This document shows positions 37,064-43,653 of a stretch of 43,653 nt of DNA, piece after piece (the stretch's first letter is position 1; every line of letters begins with the position of its first letter). The translations under genes were made by a program, and so were the position numbers. The stretch is taken from assembly GCA_039208735.1 (NCBI GenBank), contig JBCCQY010000069.1:1-43653 (forward strand), given 5' to 3'. Under the pieces are notes generated by a model. It worked only from the letters and a program-made list of their open reading frames with translations, was not told the DNA's origin and made no database searches. The DNA is from Myxococcota bacterium (GTDB lineage Bacteria > Myxococcota_A > UBA796 > GCA-2862545).

Positions 37064-37153
37064 CCCCACCTCCTCGACACAGCGCCATGTGCCCACGGAT
37101 TGCAGCGTAGGCACCGTTCTCAGGGCGTCGAGGTGGGATCTGTGGCCTTTGTC

Positions 37154-37777
37154 TTACGGGTTGCCCACCAAGGTCACGACAGGTTCGAATTCGATGGCGA
37201 TCGTGGCGACGATGTCTTCTTCGATCGGAGGGGTGTCCAAAAAGTCGGAGGGCACATCGGTACAGCGGACGTCGACGGTGTAGGGAATGAAGCGCACCCG
37301 CTCGCCTGCGGGGGCCGAGAGGTCCTCCACGGGCCCCGATGGCATCATCGACCCGATGCACGCTCGTCGATCGTCGTCGTCGAGCCGCCGAGGGCGCCCA
37401 TCGCTGTCCGTCATCAACAGCCGAATGCCCATCGCCTCGTTCGACAAGGACGCCGAAGCTTCCCAAGCTTCACCTACGCGCAGCGCATCGTCGAACCCAA
37501 GTTCCAGTGCGAACAACGGGTCGTTTTCGTCCGCGGAGAGTGCGACGACGAGTCCCTCCTCGGGTGGGGGAACGGTGAAGTCGTAGGCTCCGAAGGCGGA
37601 GGCCAACAGCTCCTTCGACTCCCCGTCCAGCGCAATCTGCAGGAGCCGCTCGGGCATTGGGTCGACGGGGGAAGGAGCATCTTCGGAGGGTTCGGTTGGC
37701 TCTTCCGTTTCGGTGAGTCGATCGAAGGGCAACGAAAGGCAGGCCGTCCAGGTCGTTAATGCAAGCGCCAGGTTCAT
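37154..37777 (-). CDS. Hypothetical acidic lipoprotein
   Basis: GGAGG RBS; hydrophobic N-terminus ending WTAC; Pro/Glu linker. Confidence 0.7.
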   Translation of the reverse strand: MNLALALTTWTACLSLPFDRLTETEEPTEPSEDAPSPVDPMPERLLQIALDGESKELLASAFGAYDFTVPPPEEGLVVALSADENDPLFALELGFDDALRVGEAWEASASLSNEAMGIRLLMTDSDGRPRRLDDDDRRACIGSMMPSGPVEDLSAPAGERVRFIPYTVDVRCTDVPSDFLDTPPIEEDIVATIAIEFEPVVTLVGNP

Positions 37778-37912
37778 GGGACCTCCGTTGAAGCCCCGGT
37801 AGTCGTCCCGTGTCTTGCCGTGCCATGCCCATGATCATGGGGAGCGCCAGCGTTCTCAACCCAAGACGACGACTCGCGGCTGTGGCACAATCTTGTCCAG
37901 CGGGGAGGTGGC

Positions 37913-38488
37913 ATGACCAAGCGAACGCTGGGCTTTCTACAAGGGTCCGTTGTCGGGGCTCTCGCGGTCTTGTTCATCCCGTTTGTGGCGACCGCTCTGA
38001 CCCCCAAGACCTTTGAACGTGGGGATCCGATTCGGGCCGCGGACATGCAAGAAATGTGGGATGCGATCCGCAGCCTTCAGGCGGCGTCCCTCGTAGAGCG
38101 AATTGGCGTACTCGAAACGCGCGACCTCGGGCGGTTCTGTGGGCTGACGGAACTCGGACCGGCCGGTCCAGATCAAGGGATCAGCGGCGACGCGGTTCAG
38201 GGCTACGATGGTGCGCGAACCCTATGTGCGGCCGCCCAAGGGTGTTCGGCGGATGCCCACATGTGCCTGGGGGCCGAAATCGTGATGTCCTACGCCGACC
38301 AGATTCCAGTAACCTTTGAGGGCGGTTGGTACGCGGGTGCAGCCTGGGAACAGGCGGCCAATGGCAACCTCAATAACGACTGTAGCGGATATACCTCGTC
38401 GGCCAACGAGGGATCCCGATGGGGCCCTGGCGTTGGCCCGAGCCGTGACGTGTGCACGAATCTCCACGAGGTCATGTGCTGCGATTGA
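37913..38488 (+). CDS. Secreted Cys-rich hypothetical protein
   Basis: GGAGG RBS, signal peptide, short coiled segment, C-terminal domain with 8 Cys ending in CCD. Confidence 0.75.
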   Translation: MTKRTLGFLQGSVVGALAVLFIPFVATALTPKTFERGDPIRAADMQEMWDAIRSLQAASLVERIGVLETRDLGRFCGLTELGPAGPDQGISGDAVQGYDGARTLCAAAQGCSADAHMCLGAEIVMSYADQIPVTFEGGWYAGAAWEQAANGNLNNDCSGYTSSANEGSRWGPGVGPSRDVCTNLHEVMCCD

Positions 38489-38524
38489 CGCGAATGGAGT
38501 CGGCCTGCGTCAAGAGGGAGACCC

Positions 38525-38752
38525 ATGTCATTTTCGAACGATGAGCGCCCTCCTATCAGGCTTGTCACCTCGCCAGACGACCCAGGTGTCGCCTATCTGT
38601 ACCTGCGCGACCACCCGGGACCTGGTGCACCTGGCATCAGCGTTAAGCAGGTGCGGCTTCGCGATGTCATTCAGGACTACTCCGGTCCCGACCTCATCGT
38701 CGACTTCGACGCAGACGGAAGAGCCATTGGCGTTGAGGTGCTAGGCTGGTGA
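38525..38752 (+). CDS. DUF2283-like small protein
   Basis: GAGGGAG RBS; VAYLYL...DLIVDFDADGRAIGVEVL is the typical DUF2283 pattern. Confidence 0.72.
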   Translation: MSFSNDERPPIRLVTSPDDPGVAYLYLRDHPGPGAPGISVKQVRLRDVIQDYSGPDLIVDFDADGRAIGVEVLGW

Positions 38753-39094
38753 CCGTGTTCTTAGTGTCGTCGAGTACTGGCACCCACTGGTCGTTGTTGG
38801 GCACTTGGTGCGCCATCTCGAACTGCACTCCCTTTACCACGGGATGCGTTGTGCATCTGGAGCCAACGTAACTGTGAACCGCCAGAATTGACGCCATGGG
38901 CATCGTGCAGCAGGCTTGGCCCATGCCGCGCTTCACCTTCGCCCTTCAGCCCGAACCCGTCGCCCTCGACAAGTTCACCATCGGCACGGGTGAAAATTGG
39001 CTGGTAACCTTGGTGTAAGCAACAGATTCTCCATTCCTTAGCTGATGCCCGTACTGCACGAACCCTGTTCAAAATTAGACGGAGGACTGACCAA

Positions 39095-39859
39095 GTGTTG
39101 ATTCACAATCTCGCTTTGCTCTCTTTAGGCTCATGCAACTTCAATAGTGGAGACAGCGTCACGGTCGCTCCAAGCACATCACCGGACCTCATCGCTGCAT
39201 ATTGGCACGTGGGAACGGATATCGTTGTTTTCAAGGCCAAGCTACGCAGATTTCCTCGCCAGTGGTTCTTCATGCCGGACGCTGTCAAGAAGGATGTCAA
39301 ACTCACGGTATTCGCCCGACGCGAGCCCTGGAGGGTGGTCGTTGATGCTGGTGGGCCGGGTCTAAGATACGCGTTCAGCGACGAAGGCGCGACATTCAAT
39401 CGTATGGGGTCTCCGCCGAAGGGTTTCGCTCTGGCGTCTGGGTTCTTTGTCGGGAGCTTGGTCAACCAGTTTTTCGAGAACTTTGAAGGTTGCTCATTCG
39501 TTGCTTCCTCTCCAGCTGAATACCCTGCGTTGTGGGATCCCAAACTCATTCCCAGCCAAGCATGGCGTGCGGTCGACTGCACGTCAGCATCTCCAGGACT
39601 CATCCTGGCAGGGATCGAGTCTCCATTGTTTCTGCTGGAGACAAATAGTCCAGAACTCCCCCACCCATTACTGACACACGCGCAGGTGATGGTTGGCGAG
39701 GACCCGATTTTGGTTGAGATTGGTTCATTCTTGGAGCTTGAGAGCCTACCAAGTCGAGCCGAGGGAGGGGTCTTTAGACCCTACTCGTTCTTGCCCCCTC
39801 CCACTCCGTTAAGCTCACGTCGAGCAGTGGAGACGTGGCGCATTCGAACTGGTAATTGA
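39095..39859 (+). CDS. Hypothetical lipoprotein in an A/T-richer segment
   Basis: GGAGG RBS, lipobox LGSC, 254-aa ORF with many A/T-ending codons. Confidence 0.6.
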   Translation: MLIHNLALLSLGSCNFNSGDSVTVAPSTSPDLIAAYWHVGTDIVVFKAKLRRFPRQWFFMPDAVKKDVKLTVFARREPWRVVVDAGGPGLRYAFSDEGATFNRMGSPPKGFALASGFFVGSLVNQFFENFEGCSFVASSPAEYPALWDPKLIPSQAWRAVDCTSASPGLILAGIESPLFLLETNSPELPHPLLTHAQVMVGEDPILVEIGSFLELESLPSRAEGGVFRPYSFLPPPTPLSSRRAVETWRIRTGN

Positions 39860-40008
39860 GAGAGTGCGGGCGCGATGATGATGGTTCAACAGGACGAAGG
39901 CCGCGGGCCTAAAACTAGGCAAATACTTGCTGATCTGCGCAAGGGCACGTCGTCGATTTCGACCGTTCCCCCAGCCTCATCGACTTTCACCCCTCCTGCG
40001 CGACCGCC

Positions 40009-42081
40009 CTACGTAATGTTGTTCTCCATCATGTAGTCCTGCAGGTCGCGAATCCGGTCTCGCAGCTCCGCCGCACGTTCGAACTCCAACTTCCCCGCCG
40101 CCTTGCGCATCTCATCCCGCAGTCGCTTCAACAAATTCGGAATCTTGCGCGGATCCTCGGGAATTGGGTCGCTCGACCGCTTCGGTTTTGGCCGCTCTAG
40201 CGAGACCTCTACGAAGTCACCAGACACCAACGCGGCCAAGGGCGAATCGATCTCCCGCCGAATGGTCATCGGCGTGATGCCGTGTTCACGGTTGTACGCT
40301 TCCTGAATCTCGCGCCGACGGCGGGTTTCGTCGATCGATTTCTGCATGTTGTCCGAGACCCGGTCGGCGTACAAAATCACGTGCCCGTTCACGTTTCGCG
40401 CGGCGCGGCCAATCGTCTGGATGAGCGAGCGCTCATTGCGCAAAAACCCTTCCTTGTCGGCGTCCATGATGCACACGAGGCTCACCTCGGGCAGGTCCAG
40501 GCCCTCACGAAGCAAGTTGATGCCTACCAGCACGTCGAACTCCCCGGCCCGGAGGTCGCGCAAGATCTCCATCCGCTCAAGGGTGTCGATGTCGCTGTGC
40601 AAGTAGCGAACCTTGACGTCGAGTTCGCTCCAGTAGTCGGTCAGTTCCTGGGCCATGCGCTTGGTGAGCACGGTCACGAGCGTCCGCTCCGACCGCTCTG
40701 CGCGGGCGCGAATCTCATGCAGCGCGTCATCGACCTGGATTTGAGCGGGCCGCACCTCGACGGTGGGGTCGAGCAGGCCGGTAGGCCGAATGATCTGCTC
40801 GACGGTCGCCCCACCTGCCTTCTCAAGTTCCCAGGCTCCTGGCGTTGCACTGACATAAATGGCCTGTTTGACGTGCTCGGTGAACTCTTCGAACTTCAAC
40901 GGTCGGTTGTCGAGCGCGCTCGGAAGGCGGAACCCATGTTCGACCAGCACCTCTTTGCGGGCCCGGTCGCCCCGGAACATGCCGCCCACCTGAGGCACGG
41001 CGATGTGGCTCTCGTCGACGATGAGCACCCAATCATCTGGGAAGTACTCAATCAAGGTGGGCGGGGGCTCGCCGGACTTTCGCCCTGAAAGGTGACGACT
41101 GTAGTTCTCAATGCCCTTGCACCGACCGATTTCCCGCATCATCTCAAGATCGAACAACGTGCGCTGTTCGAGCCGCTGCCCCTCGAGGAGCTTGCTTGCA
41201 CCACGCAGCTCGTTCAGCCGCTCCCCCAACTCGGCCTCGATGCTCTCCACCGCCCGTTCCATCTTCTGCTTCGGCGTGACGTAGTGGGAAGCCGGATAGA
41301 TCGCGACCTTGGCGAGCTTATCGATCTTCTTGGCCCGCAACGGATCGATGAGCCACAACGCGTCCACCTCGTCGCCAAACAGCTCGATGCGGACGGCGCG
41401 GTCCTCTTCGTACGCCGGAAAGATGTCGATGACGTCCCCGCGTGCACGGAACGTTCCCCGGTGAAAATCCTGCTCGTTGCGGTCGTACTGGATCTCGACG
41501 AGCTTCGCGAGGATGTCCTGCCGCGAGACCTCTTGGCCCTGTTCGAGGAGCAAGAGCATGCCCTCATACGCCTCGGAACTCCCAAGACCGTAGATGCAGG
41601 AGACACTCGCCACAATGATGACGTCGTTGCGCTCAAGAAGGGACTTGGTGGCGGCGTGACGCAACCGGTCGATGGCCTCGTTGATGAGGCTGTCCTTCTC
41701 GATGTAGGTGTCGCTGCTCGGAACATAGGCTTCGGGCTGATAGTAGTCGTAGTAACTGACGAAGTACTCCACCGCGTTGTCGGGGAACAGCTTCTTCAGC
41801 TCGCCAAACAGCTGGGCTGCGAGCGTCTTGTTGGGCGCCAAAACGAGCGCCGGCCGGTTGACCTGCGAAATCACATTGGCGACGGTGAAGGTCTTGCCGG
41901 ACCCCGTGATGCCGAGCAGCACTTGATGCGCTTCGCCGTCACGCAACCCCTGTACGAGCCGCTCGATGGCCTTCGGCTGGTCGCCCGTAGGGGAATGCTC
42001 GCTTTGCAACTTGAACACCGCGTCGGCGCGCCCGACCGGGCTGCCGGCTTCACGCGCCGTTGGTGGCCACTTGCCGCCCAT
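40009..42081 (-). CDS. uvrB: Excinuclease ABC subunit B
   Basis: [58 protein letters not shown] and C-terminal UVR domain. ATG 42081 has a GGGAGG RBS. Confidence 0.98.
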   Translation of the reverse strand: MGGKWPPTAREAGSPVGRADAVFKLQSEHSPTGDQPKAIERLVQGLRDGEAHQVLLGITGSGKTFTVANVISQVNRPALVLAPNKTLAAQLFGELKKLFPDNAVEYFVSYYDYYQPEAYVPSSDTYIEKDSLINEAIDRLRHAATKSLLERNDVIIVASVSCIYGLGSSEAYEGMLLLLEQGQEVSRQDILAKLVEIQYDRNEQDFHRGTFRARGDVIDIFPAYEEDRAVRIELFGDEVDALWLIDPLRAKKIDKLAKVAIYPASHYVTPKQKMERAVESIEAELGERLNELRGASKLLEGQRLEQRTLFDLEMMREIGRCKGIENYSRHLSGRKSGEPPPTLIEYFPDDWVLIVDESHIAVPQVGGMFRGDRARKEVLVEHGFRLPSALDNRPLKFEEFTEHVKQAIYVSATPGAWELEKAGGATVEQIIRPTGLLDPTVEVRPAQIQVDDALHEIRARAERSERTLVTVLTKRMAQELTDYWSELDVKVRYLHSDIDTLERMEILRDLRAGEFDVLVGINLLREGLDLPEVSLVCIMDADKEGFLRNERSLIQTIGRAARNVNGHVILYADRVSDNMQKSIDETRRRREIQEAYNREHGITPMTIRREIDSPLAALVSGDFVEVSLERPKPKRSSDPIPEDPRKIPNLLKRLRDEMRKAAGKLEFERAAELRDRIRDLQDYMMENNIT

Positions 42082-42100
42082 GCCGCGCCTCCCGTGGTAT

Positions 42101-42116
42101 CTGAACACAAGTTTCG
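42101..42116 (-). promoter_or_regulatory. Putative LexA box upstream of uvrB
   Basis: Minus strand CGAAACTTGTGTTCAG matches CTRHAMRYBYGTTCAG at 14 of 16 positions, 20 bp upstream of the uvrB ATG. Confidence 0.55.
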
Positions 42117-42251
42117 TAACGTCCCGCGCTGCGACGCACGAACGCCCCGCGCCCCGGATCCGAGAACCGTGACACGAGCGTGACGTGAGAGTGTTGTGAG
42201 GCTGCGTGGGATTCGCGGGTACGATAGGCCCCACACAACCTTGGAGGAACG

Positions 42252-42968
42252 ATGCGTCGTCTGCCCCAGATGCTCGCGATGACCGCTTTGCTCACTGGCT
42301 GCTCGATCGGCTTCGACTTCGACTCGTCCGGCACGATTCCGTTCGCCCTCGGCGACCTCGGACCCGACTGCTCGCAGAAAGAAAACCCGTCGACCTACGA
42401 GACGGAAGACGGCGGCGTGTGCACCGTCGAATACCAGGTCGATGGCGACACCTGCCGTATCCTCGCCGACTGCTCGGACTTCCAGCTGATCGACACCGAA
42501 GACGTCTCGAACGAGATCGACGATGCGACGGGCGGCAACAACCGCATCCGTACCCGTTTGACGGGCCTCGACCTCGTGGTGACCAACTTTGGTGTGTCCT
42601 CCGGCCCCACGCCGAACCTGACCGACGTAAGCATCAGCATCTCGACCGCCAAGGAAGGCGCGTCGACGGTGGACGTCGTGTCGATGAACCTCGACGACTA
42701 CAATCAGCTGCTGTCGACCGGTCAGACCACGGTCTTCGACGGCCCGGACACCGATTCGGACTACAACGAAGACGACTACCCCTTCATCGCGCAGGTCAAC
42801 ACCTGCGTCGAAGACGGTACGCCCCTCCCCGTGGTCGGCAGTCTCGTGATCGAGATGCCGCTGTCCGAAGTGGCCGCGATTGCGGGTACGAACGTGCAGG
42901 GCAGCTTTGATTACGACGCGATGATCCGCGGCCGTGGTTCCATTCGTCTGATTGGTGGCGGCAACTGA
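42252..42968 (+). CDS. Hypothetical acidic lipoprotein
   Basis: GGAGG RBS, lipobox LTGC, Asp/Thr-rich with several Cys and strong GC3 bias. Confidence 0.85.
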   Translation: MRRLPQMLAMTALLTGCSIGFDFDSSGTIPFALGDLGPDCSQKENPSTYETEDGGVCTVEYQVDGDTCRILADCSDFQLIDTEDVSNEIDDATGGNNRIRTRLTGLDLVVTNFGVSSGPTPNLTDVSISISTAKEGASTVDVVSMNLDDYNQLLSTGQTTVFDGPDTDSDYNEDDYPFIAQVNTCVEDGTPLPVVGSLVIEMPLSEVAAIAGTNVQGSFDYDAMIRGRGSIRLIGGGN

Positions 42969-42974
42969 TTTCCG

Positions 42975-42994
42975 TGTGCCTCTCTTGAGGCACA
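42975..42994. terminator. Intergenic hairpin (terminator or RNA-stabilising element)
   Basis: TGTGCCTC-TCTT-GAGGCACA, a perfect 8-bp stem just after the stop codon. No clear U-tract. Confidence 0.4.
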
Positions 42995-43037
42995 AGACCG
43001 CGCTTCATGCATGTTACGACGCCGCCAAGGAGCAGAA

Positions 43038-43358
43038 ATGGCGATTCAATTCAGCTCTACGGCGGTTACGCGCGGTAAGGAACTGGTCGAACAGAAGTCC
43101 AAACCTTGGCTTCGGCTAGGGATTCGGGGGGGAGGCTGCAGCGGCCTCTCCTACTTCATGGACTTCGTCGAGTCACCCGCTGACAAGGACCTCGAATTCG
43201 AATTCGATGGGCTTCAGGTCTGTGTAGACCGCAAGTCCTACCTCTACCTAGTAGGGACCGAAATCGATTTCGAGACCACGCTTGTGCGCAACGGGTTTGT
43301 CTTCCACAACCCAGCCGCAAAGCGCACCTGCTCGTGCGGCGAGTCGTTCACGCTTTAG
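43038..43358 (+). CDS. iscA: A-type Fe-S cluster carrier (IscA/HesB family)
   Basis: LRLGIRGGGCSGLSY, GTEIDF and NP.AKRTCSCGESF; AAGGAG RBS. Confidence 0.93.
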   Translation: MAIQFSSTAVTRGKELVEQKSKPWLRLGIRGGGCSGLSYFMDFVESPADKDLEFEFDGLQVCVDRKSYLYLVGTEIDFETTLVRNGFVFHNPAAKRTCSCGESFTL

Positions 43359-43653
43359 CCGCGTAGGCTTGCTGCAGCGTCCTTCACGATGCCCACGATG
43401 GCGTCGACCTGGGCCTCCGTGGTGGACCGGCCAAGGCCGAACCGCACGGACTGGCGGGCTCGTTCTGCATCGATGCCCATGGCCGTCAAGACGTGGGATG
43501 GCTTGAGCGAAGCGGACGAGCATGCCGATCCCGACGAGACGGCGACTCGATCCTGGATGTTCGCCATCAAGGCCGATGCTTCGAGTCCCTGAAAGGACAC
43601 ATGAAGGTTGTTGGGGGCGCGATGGTCGAGCGAGCCGTTGACGTCGATGTGAC
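43355..43653 (-). CDS. iscS: Cysteine desulfurase (IscS/NifS type), C-terminal part; 5' end lies outside the window
   Basis: NNLHVSF.G, AVSSGSACSSASLKPSHVL (catalytic Cys) and SVRFGLGR. Confidence 0.88.
   Translation of the reverse strand, partial: HIDVNGSLDHRAPNNLHVSFQGLEASALMANIQDRVAVSSGSACSSASLKPSHVLTAMGIDAERARQSVRFGLGRSTTEAQVDAIVGIVKDAAASLRG

Noticed and set aside
37883..37897. Sigma54 promoter (TGGCAC...TTG) upstream of the Cys-rich gene
   Set aside because: The spacing is one base short and the conserved -12 GC is absent.
38694..39072. Small ORFs 38694..38936 (-), 38761..39072 (-) and a 40-codon plus-strand ORF from 38896
   Set aside because: No convincing RBS or motif, and they overlap one another; at most a gene remnant.
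31153..39960. Integron cassette array or prophage
   Set aside because: Genes alternate strands, I found no recurring attC-like element between them, and no integrase or phage structural gene is recognisable.
42082..42234. N-terminal extension of UvrB in the ORF track
   Set aside because: ATG 42081 has a strong RBS, and the extension covers the putative LexA box and the divergent promoter region.

Overview
A GC-rich bacterial chromosomal segment, most likely from a Myxococcota/deltaproteobacterial genome. That assignment is inferred from myxobacterial-type LexA boxes, a TIGR02996-like LRR protein, a kinase-STAND-TPR protein and many secreted Cys- or Asp-rich proteins. Recognisable housekeeping genes are murJ, def, fmt, uvrB, iscA and a partial iscS-type desulfurase. 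They are interleaved with secreted and envelope proteins: a giant DxDxDG-repeat protein missed by the ORF track, an M43 metalloprotease with three somatomedin-B-like repeats, an Omp85 protein with peptidase and propeller domains, an S8 protease and an ASST-like lipoprotein. Two-component systems are also present. An accessory patch at about 31.1-39.9 kb holds two frameshifted genes, a stand-alone degenerate GyrB ATPase domain, a membrane-anchored TIR protein and an orphan DUF2283-like gene. The best leads are: (i) an unannotated, promoter-driven, highly structured minus-strand transcript at about 6.0-6.5 kb with a two-codon uORF and a Pro/Arg-rich ORF; (ii) a small orphan gene behind a palindromic LexA box overlapping an extended -10; (iii) the catalytically degenerate GyrB-like domain; (iv) the LRR plus kinase-STAND-TPR pair and the receptor-like TIR protein. 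No CRISPR array, rRNA, tRNA, transposase or integrase was recognised. All family calls come from motif reading by eye, not from database searches.
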